Source of the DNA: Magallana gigas
Taxonomy: Eukaryota
NCBI RefSeq assembly: GCF_963853765.1
Contig: NC_088859.1
Span: 13,702,001-13,766,000 of the forward strand
Length of the DNA: 64,000 bases
Direction: 5' to 3'
This document shows positions 35,084-47,652 of this stretch, one piece after another. Below the pieces are notes generated by a model, which was not told where the DNA came from, did no database searches, and was given only the letters and a program-made list of their open reading frames with translations. Every line of letters begins with the position of its first letter. Within the stretch, counting starts at the first letter, position 1. Position numbers and translations under genes: made by a program.

Positions 35084-38000
35084 CCTTTATCAGAAGCTCA
35101 ACATCCTATCTCAAGTGTACAGGTGCTGATCTTGTGGTGTATGAGAATCATTTTGAATTTGCTATGAATATATGTAATTTGCATTTTTTTTTGGGGGGGG
35201 GGGGGTGGATAAGTTAACTAAATGATACAGATAGTCTTTAAATTTCATTCTGATTTAATAGTTAATCATGTAAAAATAAATCATTGTTTCCCAAAATTTT
35301 TTTGTCCAATTATTTAAGTACACACTTACAGTGTATACATGAATACCAGGGTAATACAAATAAGTACCAAAGCTTGATTCCAAATGTGTTATGCAGTTCA
35401 TGTTAACACTTTACGCCTGTTTGTAAATTAGTATGAGTGCACTCAATTTTGAGTGTACGATTTGTGTACTTTTACAGTGTTATCGTTTGCTTGTAGTATT
35501 TTCGCCACTCTTGCAAAATTATCACCTCATTTGTGATACTCACTTCAACACAATTGTGATTGATAAAGTGAACTGAAATAACAATCTCTAATTAGATGTA
35601 GTTGAAATTTGTCCATTGACAATTGATGAGAACATTTCCTGTACATTACATTAATTTCTTTCAAAGTAAAATATGAAAATAAATGTGAGCAATCATTTAT
35701 GTTGCACAGCAACAGAATAAAAACACCCAAACATCCGTGCAACGCTAGAATTTGACAGGTTTTTGGGGAGTGTGGTCTTCCTTTAATCAGTATAAATGGA
35801 GGGTACTTCGTATAGTGTTTGTTTTAGGGCATTTTTCCTCACAAGATTGATGCGTTATGGCATATGATGAAAGGTGGATCTCCTCTCAGAATTGACTTCT
35901 TCCTCTCTCCAATCTAAAACAAAGGAAGCCTTCTCAAGAAGATTGATGGGTTTCTGCTCATAAATTATGTGCATTTAAACTTGCACATCCCATAAATATC
36001 TGTCCAAACTCACTGCAGAGCTTTCGCACGTGGACTGAGTTTGCACCAAAAATCTCCATCTTTGTTGTGAAGTCTCGACACTTTTTCCGGGACATTTCTA
36101 TATGATTGAGAAAGCTAGATCATCGTAGCACTTTGATTGGCTCCAATCACGTTGATGTATAAGAAATAAGGATCAATTTTTTTTTCATAGTGAGAAAATG
36201 TGTAAGTGGGAGCACAATTGAATGGAGGTTATAATTGTATAGTTTCTGTAGAAACTTGCTACATGAAATGTTCATTAATAGTTCAGTGAAATTCTGAATC
36301 CACACACATGCCCCTTGTATGCTTCTGATGACTCTTAAAATCGGTGAGTATAATAATGTATAGTAATGATTTCGTGTTATATCTGATGTAAATTTTATGG
36401 GAATTCTTGAGGGGGAAACTAATCTCTCTTATTTCATTAATAAAACTATGGTTGGCTAGGCATATTGACAAGACCTCTTCAGAAACACATCTATTTGCAT
36501 GTGTTAATTGCTATTAAATCAATCCCTAGATGGGATATTTTTCATTAATATTTACAGAGGGAAAATCATTTTTGCTGTAAATGTAGATTCTTAAATGATG
36601 CTTTTTTTAAAAAAAAAATTGTTATTTGCATGCCATCATATCGTGCACTGTAAAAAAGGAATTCTTTTGAGGCTACTGAATGCATGATATACCAGCATCT
36701 GTTTTTAACTTTTTTTGTTTCCCTTCCCATGTAATGGTATTTGACAGTGGTTGCATGGGAATAGAGAAAGACTACTGAAATTAATTTGAGTTTTCGTGAT
36801 TTATCAGCTGTATGCATTTTCCTTCTAACAACTCCTTTAGGTATACACAATTTTTCCTTCTCAACAAAATAAACTTCGTATGTTTTATCTTAATGGCTTT
36901 ACAAAGGTTTTGAGTGTAATTTTTATAGTACCGATGTATGCATTAATTCTGGATTATGTCTATTTACAACATATTGTTTTGATATTGACTTTATTGTCAT
37001 AAGAAATGTTCTCAAGACATTATTCTTATTTTCTTTTTCTTTTTTTGCTATTTGATTATGTAACCATGCATTCAGACAATTTGTAAAATTGTGACCTCTC
37101 TTGTCATGATGACTGCTGTTCCTTCAACATTTTATGCTTCCAACCATTTACTCATCATTTAAAAAAGCAGTGAACCAAAAACATGGCACCTACAACCTAT
37201 TACTTGTATAAGTAAGGAAAGAAATCTACTTTGGATGATTATGAAGTGCAGATTTTTTTTATGATGAAATGGCTATCATAGTAAGTACCAGTGTACTTAA
37301 AGACAGTGACCAAAAGTTTTCTCCTGCAATTTGAAGCTAATGCTCTTAAGAGATGTAAATCATTAAGAAAAAGAACGAAAAAGACAAATGTCAAGAGACT
37401 GATGTAAATATCAAGTCTGTCTTAGAGGAGTTCAAGCCACCCCGAGGGAAATGAGGCAGAATTGATCAGTTCTTTTCTTGCAATTTACTTCTTTTTTCTC
37501 TATTTCTGTGCAGTATGAATTCTCCAGAGAGCTGTTCAACTTGTTGTGTATGGTCGGAGAGCAGACTTAATTATTTGCATGATGATATTCGAAGCAATTA
37601 GTTTAAACAGTAAACAATTAAATTACTGTTGGCTGGACTGCTGAGAGGCAGGAATTATGTAAAAATTGGATAACTGGTTAATTTACCGGTCATCGGAGTT
37701 TATTGCCAGCTGTCTGCAATCAGTCAACAAATTGCAATACCAGTTTGAACCATCTGCAGCTTTCTCTCAGATGCAGATTCAATATCAAACAGCAGTTGGC
37801 AATCTTGGCTGAATATGATGTGCTGTTTATTTTTTAATGTCAAATCAATGAGCAGTCAGTTATAAATACATGCTTGTGATCAGATTTTTTGATTTCTTAA
37901 AGATAGTTTGTTGTATTGGAGAGGATTTTTCCTGTGTCTCCAGCTGTGGCCATTGATAAGTTTTAGTAGGTATTAGTCAGAACTCCCACACATCCACTGA

Positions 38001-41000
38001 GGTTAAACAGGGGTATGGTCAGTTCAATACAGTGTAATTATACACATATACCACAAAATCGGGGGTTCAGATTTCAAAGGTAAGGAAATAAGAAAGCAAG
38101 CATTAAAGCACGGTGTGCTCTGTGTAATTTCAATCCCCAGATTTCTGTGATTTTGATTGATTTCACTCTGCGCTGGGATTCTTGTATTAGTCTTTTTATA
38201 GTCCCTGATTGCAGGTTTTTACTCTATCATTTATAGATGCACTTTGTAGGGTCTTCTTTTATGACACATTCCCATTTTCTCTAGTATTTCTTGATTTTAC
38301 GAGCTGTAGATTGGTTTACTCCAATGTCTGCCTAAATCTAATGTTTCTGTATCTCTAGGAGCATCTCTCCCAAAGGATTATTGGGTGTGTGGTTAACCAA
38401 ATGAAAAACTTTGAAAATTAAGAAGTTCTACTTACCATCAATGTGCTTCTTGTTCAGGAAATCATTGTTTAAGTATGTATGCTCTCGGCTGCTAATGTCT
38501 GTAGAAATGGGGTGTTCTTTTGCGGAAACTCCGAGCACTTTTAAGTAATGTTGGAAATTGTGAGCAAGAAATAGCTGTGAGTGCCTAGAAAACTGATAAC
38601 AAAAGTGAGAAAGTTTGAGGAGAAAATAATTGTTTTCTTGACATCAGCATAATATCTTGAGACTCCATACATGATGAATTTCAGTTGCTGTTTATCTGTG
38701 AACTGGAGGGATATGGATGAGCGATAATGGAAACATTTATTATAAACTGATGGGACTTTTTGTGGATGTAAAAGGGTGTTATCATTAGCCCAAATTCATA
38801 TGTTATTGAAGCTCAGGGTTCATTTAAATTAATTTATACATGTACTTGTAATTTCTAGTAAAAGTGCATACATGTGTTCTTTCTTTCTCTCCATCTCTTC
38901 ATCTCTCTCTCCTCTGCAGTCTGCTCTAAATTAAACATTCAGACCCCAGACGGACTCCTTCTTGGCCATCATTATTTGAAATTTTGTACCTTTTATGTGC
39001 AAATGTCAGGGATGGACTAGCTAATGAAGGATGGTCAGGCCATCCAATAATGGTTGTTAAGGCAATAATAGCTACGCTCCTTGTCAGGGAAGAACAGTCG
39101 GATCCCAGGAGAGCAAGGCTTTATTGGCTGAGTTTGTGAGGCTGCTAGGAACCAACACTGTTTGCCGCTCTGTCCTTTCTCTGTAACTTTTACTTGTCAA
39201 CTAGAAAATAAATTGTACCAGAAGGTTTTGGATGATGCCGTACAGTTGATGTGTTTTAAACTTTTTGGGTGTATCGTGGTTTGCTCTTTATGGCTGCCAA
39301 GTACAAATGTTGGAAGTTTCAGAGTCATCGAGACTTGCAATAAATGCTTTGAGACACTGTAAAAATATATTTAAGCTGATGATATCTCATTCATTTAAAT
39401 TTTCAGAGTCATGTTTTATTTTCACTTAAACTTTGCTATGAAAATATGCATGTACATGTATCACTATCATCAACTTTTGATATTAAAATTAGTGGATGGA
39501 CTAAGGCAATTAAATCAACAGAAATGAATTTGGAGACTTTTCAGTTTTATTATTTTACAAGTATATTGTCAGAGAAAAAAGGGGAAGGAATAATAACATT
39601 GGTTATGCATATTTTAAAGGAACCATTAGTCTTGTTCAAACTCACAGTAGGTGTTTTACTGATAGTCAATTTGGTTGTCAGAAGTTTATTAGATTATCAG
39701 CAGCCGAATGCTGATCAATTCAAGCAGATGTGCATTTCTAAATGCTGCAAGATTGTCATTAATCAGTTTGTAGACTGCGCTGTATACTTTGTATCTCTTG
39801 TGCAATTCTGTCTCCTCATGAAAACATTCCCTCCATCAAGTACAGAGAACCCACACCTAGCGTATGAATCAGGTACCTGCTACCTAACACCTGGCAAAAT
39901 TTATTTTAAGCCAAAATGCTGAGAAGACAAATTGAGTTGAGCATTTTTATTGTGTTTTCAAGGTCTTCATGTACATGCTCTAATCTGGGATGTCCGTCAA
40001 TCAGGAATAATTATCTCGGAGTCTGGAAATAAACACTTCCATCGGAAGTCTGCAGAACCAAGAACAGGAATAAATTTATTATTTACGAAGATAATTTACT
40101 GAGTTAGACAGCATGAAATTCTATGGTATTTAAGGCAACTAGACTCAGTAATTGAATTGGACATTTTTAATGAGCAATAAAAGCAAACATGAAAATGAAT
40201 TTTTAATTGTTCATCCAGAAAATGACAAAAACAGTCCCTTTTGAAATACTTTGTAAAAGTATTTTGTTTATTGATTTTTGCACTGTTTTACATATTGAAG
40301 AAAAAAAAATAGATTGCAACATCTTTCCTCTACTTCACAAACGCAAGTTTTATCTTTACCTTCACAATTTAAAGGTAATGATACAGTTGATTAACTATTC
40401 ACCATTGAGAGTCAACTTGATTTGGATTATTCCAAAGTTTTTACTCACTTGCTCTGAATCTGATAGTAATTACTTTTGGATTTTACCCTCAGGAGAATTT
40501 AGAACTTGTAAAATTGTAATTTAGTTGTAAATTTCTTTCTGTACAAGATTTTAGCGAAAATCTATACATGAAATAGAGGTCTCCGATAAGAGGGGAACTC
40601 GGTCAAGCTCTATGGCGATTGTTTTTGTCTCGTTGTTTTGCCACAATTAGTAACACATTTTTGTACATTGTGTAACAGCATTTGATGAACGATAAGATTG
40701 GCTGTGTTGATCGAGGTGTAACAAACACCCTCATGAATGTGTTCTAATGATATTAATGTTTATTATATGTATGCTCCCTCAGAACTGGTTCGGAAATGAA
40801 TAAATCATAAGCGTAGCTTTGTTCCCTTCGGTGAACTCAGAATAATGCTGACTCCAGAGTTGAAAAGTATGTTAGTTCATCTATGCTATGATCAAAAGGC
40901 CTGGCAAATGGGCTGCATTTCAAACAGAGATATGCAGTGTATGTAACACTGAGGGTGTACTCCCCACACTTTGTTCAGATTTCCAGAGTCCGTCTGATGG

Positions 41001-41295
41001 GACATACTGGTACGGGAAGTGAACTTCTGAGTTGGCACTAATGGACAGTTTTGTTGGTTTGTATTCTGACAAAAATAATGACTTGAAAGGTCTTGGGAAT
41101 TGTAAGCTTGTGATTGAGATAAACAGTATGTCAGGTTACCGAGGTTAAAGACCAGGCAGGTTCTTCTGTATGATATAATTATGATTTTTCATGCACCTAG
41201 TGCCACAGCTGATAGAGAGAGCAATTTGTTATAGTGCTGGTCATAAGGAATAGTTCCTAATTGAATTACTTCTTTTTATTTCAGACTACTAGAAG

Positions 41296-41406
41296 ATGGG
41301 AAATAAATCATCCAGCAAGAAGTTACCCAAGGAGGACTTGGAGTTTTTGTGCTCGAACACAAAGTTCACAAAGGCTGAAATTAAAGACTGGTACAGAGGC
41401 TTCATG
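41296..41406 (+). CDS. ncs-2: NCS coding exon 1 ([37 protein letters not shown])
   Basis: Acceptor tttttatttcag at 41284, 11-nt UTR with an in-frame TAG, ATG at 41296, donor ATG/gtatga. Absent from the ORF track. Confidence 0.95.
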
Positions 41407-43376
41407 GTATGATTCTGTTAGTTATAACACTGTTACAAAGGTTCTACCATTTGTTTATATTAAGTTGGCTCTTCTTATAATTATACCGGTAATTAAATTG
41501 TGTAGGGGAAATGCATATTTCCAATTAGGAAAATAGACCAGTTTTGTATGCAGGAAAATTTTTTACCCTCATTTTTTTTTGCTTTGTAAAACCTCAGTGA
41601 TAATTAGCAAGTTACTTCACTTCTATTGTAAATTTAAAATCAGTGCGAAGTCTTTCACAACAGTGATTGGGTAAAAAAAAAAAAACAAACATGGTAAAGG
41701 GAGTATACCTATATACAGTTCACTGTAATTTAATGCAGTAATCATCTTTATACTGGTTCATCATAGTACATACTGCTGGTATCAATTTTTTCCCAATCAG
41801 AATTTCCACATGGACTGTGGCATAAAAGTGTCAACCGGTACTTTTAACTGTAATATATTTGTGATTTAAATTTTATTATTGCAAATTTTGAAAAAGTCTT
41901 TTTAAATGGTGGAAACATCAGAAAAAAAAATTGCAGTCATATTTTTTACTATCTGAGATTCGTACAGCATACAGACAAAGTAGATCTTGGATTTACACTA
42001 GTAAATCTATACAGTAAGAATTGGTATCACATTGTTATCTAAATCAAAAGAGTTTTCCTCAATTGTATCCCCCTTTTTTTCTTCCATACAGAGAGACTGT
42101 CCAGATGGATTGCTGTCAAAAGCCAAATTCCTGGAAGTGTATTCCACATTCTTTCCAACAGGAAATCCGGACAAGTTTTGTAACCACGTTTTCCGTTCCT
42201 TTGACGGGGACAACAGTGGTAAAATTGACTTTAAGGAGTTTTTGCTTGCCATCAACATAACATCTGGAGGGGATCCCAAGAGCAAACTGAACTGGGCATT
42301 TACCATGTATGATATTGATGGGAATGGCACCATAGAAAAGGACGAAATGGTGGAAATTATTGGAGTAAATATATTTTATATTGCTGGCTTTATTATTGTT
42401 CACAAAAACAGTACCATCCTGGGCTGCAATCTATAGGTTGTTAAGATGTTTCATTGTAGCAGAGTTTTTAAGTTTATTACATTTAAGTGTAAGTTTATTA
42501 CATTTAAGTGTAAGTTGAATGATAGTTCTCTCTCCATCTTTTGCTACTGCATGATCAAATAATTGTAGTTTATCTGCATTAAATTGAATATTTTTTTTAT
42601 CATGTTAGGCGTAAGAATATACCATTGGCATTTTTATTAAATGGAAATAGTCATATAAAGATAGAAAAGTTGGGGGGGGGGGGGGTTGCTGTTTCCCATG
42701 CTTATACATCTGCTAGCTTTAAATTATTGATTTAAGTACCGTACTACGATACTTAAACAGATCATTAAATTTAAAATAGTTTAAAGTTCTCTTGATGTGA
42801 TTATCATCAGATGCAGGGGAATTCATAGTCTCTGATGAGATAGAATACATTTATGTAGAGTTACAGGATTGTCTGAAATTAGATCTATAAATGTTAACAA
42901 GCAAAGTGAGAGATTTTAGCAAGGATTAAAATAAAAATATTTATAGGAATGATATGCTGATATCTTGGAGTCAGTTTTAATCATGATATACAAAATCCTT
43001 TGCCTATGAATTCAATATGTGATTTTGAAAAAAAACAAAACAAGTATCTTAATATTGATTGATGAGATCATATACCATACATGATTTTTTAGAAGTCAGA
43101 TCAAGTTGTCTATGCTTTTCTTTCATTTTGAAATTTAATTCCACATCTACAGTGTAACACATGTTGATTTGACTTTGACAGGCAATCTACAATATGCTGG
43201 GAAGTGCACTGTGTGGGCAGGGCGAGGACACGCCCGAAAAAAGGACTGAAAAAATCTTTGAGAAAATGGATTCCAATGGTGATGGACATTTAACGAAACA
43301 GGAGTTCATCGAGGGCTGTATGAAGGACCAAGTCCTGTATCAAATGCTTACGGCGGATGCGGCTACCAACCAATAA
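41296..43376 (+). CDS. ncs-2: Neuronal calcium sensor family EF-hand protein (NCS-2 / neurocalcin-like), 3 coding exons, 192 aa
   Basis: join(41296-41406, 42092-42364, 43182-43376) = 579 nt; GT-AG phase-0 introns. Features: MGNKSS myristoylation consensus; non-binding EF1 with the family DCPxG signature; canonical EF2 [14 protein letters not shown]3 [12 protein letters not shown] and EF4 [12 protein letters not shown]. The family call is secure. The ncs-2 subfamily call rests on remembered similarity to nematode NCS-2 (KEDLEFL..NT, EFLLAIN.TS.G) and needs a phylogeny. Confidence 0.95.
42092..42364 (+). CDS. ncs-2: NCS coding exon 2 (RDCPDG...EMVEIIG; EF1-EF3)
   Basis: Acceptor ttttttcttccatacag; donor GGA/gtaaat; inside track ORF 42032..42436. 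Confidence 0.96.
42469..42516. repeat. Perfect 21-bp tandem duplication (2.3 copies) in NCS intron
   Basis: TAAGTTTATTACATTTAAGTG twice, plus TAAGTT. Confidence 0.95.
43182..43376 (+). CDS. ncs-2: NCS coding exon 3 (AIYNMLGS...TADAATNQ*; EF4)
   Basis: Acceptor gactttgacag; TAA ends at 43376; contains track ORF 43194..43376. Confidence 0.96.
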   Translation, partial: AIYNMLGSALCGQGEDTPEKRTEKIFEKMDSNGDGHLTKQEFIEGCMKDQVLYQMLTADAATNQ

Positions 43377-45270
43377 TGGTACCCAACAGACTATTCCATT
43401 TCATTTACTCGTCAAGATTCACCAAGAAATAAAAAAAATAATCGTCTGCTGTACTGTAAGAGTGGCGTTGTGGCATCGTGATCCGTTAGATCAAAGAATC
43501 TGTTTTCATGTGATTGATATCGCTAATATTCTGAACACGCAAAAAGACTGGGGCAATTTATCTTGAGAAAATTGCCTACATTAAATTGATGGTTGATTAT
43601 GAGTCTTTTTACTGTGTCAATGTTTTTTGTAGTTGACATTTGTGGGCATTAAAATAATAGTAAAAAAAAGGGCTAGGAAAACGTTTCTGTAAATCTGAAA
43701 TATCTTAGATTCCAAAAGTTTTATTCAGAGACGACTGAATGTATATTGGTGATCATCTTAATGTACTTTGTCTATATATTTCTCCATTCCCAATCATACT
43801 AATGTTCAATAGAAATGAGGTTGTATAAGTTATCTTTCTTTATACAGAAGTAGAATGTATCTTATGTATATCTGAATTTGTATCAACAATAACTTTTCCT
43901 TTGCATATTATGAACCCGTATCAGGAATCTAAATTGGGATTTGCCTACGCACTTTGGAAAACACAGAAGGCGTTTTGTTTGTAATATTGATAACATATGT
44001 CAAGTCTTGGGTTCAATGTTTTGGGGTCCTTTTTTGCCTAAAAACATCTGCATGTATATAATTCATATTTATACCCAGCATAATCAGGATTTTTTATTTT
44101 TTCATATACTCATGTTACCTAGCTTGTTGACAAACAAGACAATTACTTATGTACATTGTTTTTACAGGGAAAAAATCCATTTCTTTATGTCCCAACTTGT
44201 GCACCTTAACATGTAGAGAATTAAACATTTCACACAACAGTGTGTGTGCAAGAGACATGCATTCACTTCATTTTATTCAGTTGTTAATATTTTGATTTGC
44301 ATGTGCTTGTCGCATAATATCTTTGAGATTCAAGTATTCTACAAATAAATGAAGCTCTTTTGCTTAATCATTAATGTGAATTTAGGAACTGGCCATTGTA
44401 AGAAAGTTCAGTGTAAGTCGCCTGTCTAGCACAGTGTTAGCTATACCTTTATTAGTATCACTCCATCAATTTCCAACCAAGAAAAAGAGTCACAGAGCAT
44501 GTACCCTGGTAGTATTTTTAAAGGCAAAAAATACTAAGGCATCTGATTAGTAAAGCTGATTCTCTTTAGAAGACTTTGCATGATGTTAAATTCTAATAAA
44601 TGGCTCTATAATAATGTAGAAACGATTTTTTGATAGTTGAATATGCTTGATGAGTGTGACAATTATGGCAATGTAATGTAATAGTGCAAAGTTTGGCATA
44701 TTAAATAATAAGTGCAATGTTTGTTTAAACTATCAGTAGTTTTTGGTCCTAGAATATTATGGAAAAATTGCTGTTTTAATGGTTTTATTGTTTTATTTAG
44801 AATTTACACTACAATATAATGTCCGTGTTCATTTTATTACTGCATCTGTGTTCAATATTTTCTGGAAGTCAAATCCGTGATGTTCTCCTCTCTTGTATAT
44901 GTGTATCATGTATATGTTCTATTATATTTGTTATTTTTTATTTTAATTCTATGCCTATATTTTACACTCAACTTTATTGCTGGACAATATGCTGATATAT
45001 TATATGTAATGTGTGCAAAACATTATCATGAAGTAAATACACGTGTACCTGTGAATAAAAGAAAGAAGTTGAAACGGTGTACGTTTTTGTTACGTGTTCG
45101 AATGGGCATAGTTTGTGATCTAAGGAGGACAATCCAATGTATTTATCAGAGAGAGAGAGAGAGAGAGATTTTACATTATTTATTGATTCATTTACCGCGC
45201 GGTTTATTTTTAACGTAAATTTCATTAATTGAAATGCGTTGATATTTAATAAATGAATTAGGCCTATATT
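43377..45270 (+). other. Probable NCS 3' UTR (extent uncertain)
   Basis: U-rich, CpG-poor sequence follows the stop, with AATAAA hexamers near 43428, 44345, 44595, 45053 and 45249. The CpG-rich intergenic block starts soon after. The site actually used is unknown. Confidence 0.4.
45148..45167. repeat. (AG)10 microsatellite
   Basis: Read directly. Confidence 0.95.
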
Positions 45271-46490
45271 GACCTTGATTTTTAACTTCAAAGGTGAATG
45301 ACTTCTCTCTTCGTTCTTTTCAATGTCACAAAATCCTAAACTTGCTTAAAACGCAATTGTATGTTGCATGAGCGAGAGAGAAACTACAGGTTAATGGTTG
45401 GGGTTTGTCTAGATTGTCAGATTGTCGTCTGATACCATAAAAGCCAGATACGTTCCCTCATCAGTGTCTGAACAGAAAACAATGATAGAAACCTGTACAA
45501 GAAAATCCTTCAGGTTTGTTGGAATTTTGATATATTCTCTAGACTGCCTTTTTAACGTACCCCGTGTTTATGCATTTTCGTTTCATAAATCGCATGAGCT
45601 AGTACACTGTCCGTTATTTTATCCAGAACTTTGTGTGAAAGAATTTGTAAAAACCGTGCTTGCAATAGTTCGTAAGTGCATACAGTGCTATGTTGAGGGA
45701 GCAGTTGTTAGCGTCAGAGGCGACATCTCCTTTGGCAATAAGTTGCATCACGCTCTTACATTAGATCACGAAATGGAGATAACATCATCAATAATTATAT
45801 GAATATTATACATTGAACAGATAATGTATTATCGCTTGATCTCGTGATATTCACCTTTTGGGGCGATCTATTTATAACTTCTATATAAGTCCTGAAATGA
45901 ATTATTTATTTGACGCAGAATTACTAGCATAAGAAAGAAAAGAATATTTTCTGATGCTAGTTTCTGTTTTTAAAATATATCGAATATTGTAATAGATAGG
46001 TGGCTACAAGAGTAGGTAAATATGATAGATCTATATAAATGATACATAATCGATTTAATTCATACTCTCATAACTATAAATTGCTTTACGGGAATTCTTC
46101 AAAATATTCAGATGAGTGTGGTCGTTGTTTTTATTGTAGTACATTAGTATATTGTCTATATTAGCTACTAAATTTTTGCACGTATGTTTATACATCTGAT
46201 CAGTAGGCAATCAACATTTTTCGAGAAGGAAGACCGCACCTGAAAAAACTCTGATTTATTCTACGAAGGAAGGGAATTGTTTTAATTCCAGGAACGTATA
46301 GCATCGTTTTTTTTAAAGGAGGAGGGGGTAGATCTATGTCCAGAATCTTTACATGCAATTTTAATTAGAAATACCCCCTCCCGATGCTACCACCCTTAAA
46401 ATTCAGATTTATTGTAAACTACTGAAAAGTGAGATAACTCTATTCCGTCTTCATGCAAGGAAGTGACAGACTCTCAGTGGAACTAAGATT

Positions 46491-47652
46491 AAACAACAGA
46501 CTTAAAGGCCACATCACTCACCTGATCAACAATAGCCATAACTGACCAGAAAAGCTTTATGCGGTCTTTTGAGTATCATATACAAATATCTAGAAAGCTT
46601 ATTAGAGTATTATCTATTAAAATTTCCACCCTCCTCCATTGTGCCCCCACCCAACCCCCCTTGGATCATGATGTGAACAAACTAGAATCTCCACTACCTG
46701 ATGATGCGTCCACTTGAATTTCAGCTTTTCTAGCCAATTGGTTTTTTTAAGAAGAAGATTTTTAAAGTTCTTTCTCCATATATTCCTATGTAGAATCTTG
46801 ACCCTCATTGTGGCCCCACCATACGCTGGAGTATCATGATATGAACAAACTTGAGTCTACTCTACCTGATGTTGCTTCGACACAACTTTTTTGGCCGATT
46901 GGTTTTTGAGAAGAAGATTTTTAAATATTTTACTGTATATAATACTTTGTAAAAAGTCTATCTCCAATTGTGGTCCCACCCAACCACATGCAGGGATCAT
47001 GATTTGAACAAACTTAAATCCCAACTTCTTGAGGATGCGTCCTCACAAGTTTCAGCTTTTCTGGCCAAATGGTTTTTGAGAAGTTTTTTTTAATTCTCCA
47101 TATATTACTATGTAAAAATTCGACCTTATTGTGCCCCGCCCTGCCCTTGGAGATCATAGTGTGGAACAAACTAGAATATCCACTAGCTGAATATGCTTCC
47201 ACAAAAGTTTCAGCTTTCTGGCCAATTGTGTTTTTAATGCGATATTTTTACAGATTTTCTCCATATACTTCAGTGTTAAAATTTGATCCCACCCCATTGT
47301 TATTCCTACCTACCCCCGGGGATCATGATATAAACAAACTTGAAATCTACAGAACCTAGAGATGCTTCTACACAAGTTTCAGCTTTTCTGGCTTAAAAGT
47401 TTTTGAGAAATACCAACAAATTTCCAGTAATTCAAAATATCTCCCGTTTAAAGATGGCGTGGATCTTCATTTGAACAAACTTGAATCCCCTCTATACAGT
47501 AATGCTTTGTGCCAAGTGTTCTTGAAATTGGCCTAGGGGTTTTAAAGAAGGAAAAAAATCGGAAAGTTTACGACAACAACGACAACGACAGACAACGGAC
47601 ATATTTTTTTTTATCAGAAGAGCTCGCTTGAGCCTTCTGCTCAGGTGAGCTA
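46491..47652 (+). mobile_element. Complete non-autonomous Helentron/HINE with ~6 Cg170-like satellite units
   Basis: 5' tt-AAACAACAG...CTCACCTGA (46517-46525) is inverted to 3' TCAGGTGAG (47641-47649). 3' hairpin AGCTCGCTTGAGC-cttct-GCTCAGGTGAGCT (47621-47651); GACA/CAA-type microsatellite at 47571-47600. Internal units start gatcatga..tgaacaaact at 46664, 46832, 46995, 47152, 47321 and 47462 (spacing 168, 163, 157, 169, 141). Confidence 0.92.

Noticed and set aside
42422-42436. C-terminal GCNL of the intron read-through as a CaaX prenylation signal
   Set aside because: Cys is at -3, not -4.
45769-45795. IIDDVISI (minus strand) as an RT YxDD motif
   Set aside because: Lacks Y/F before xDD, has a stop two codons later, and shows no downstream RT similarity in that frame.
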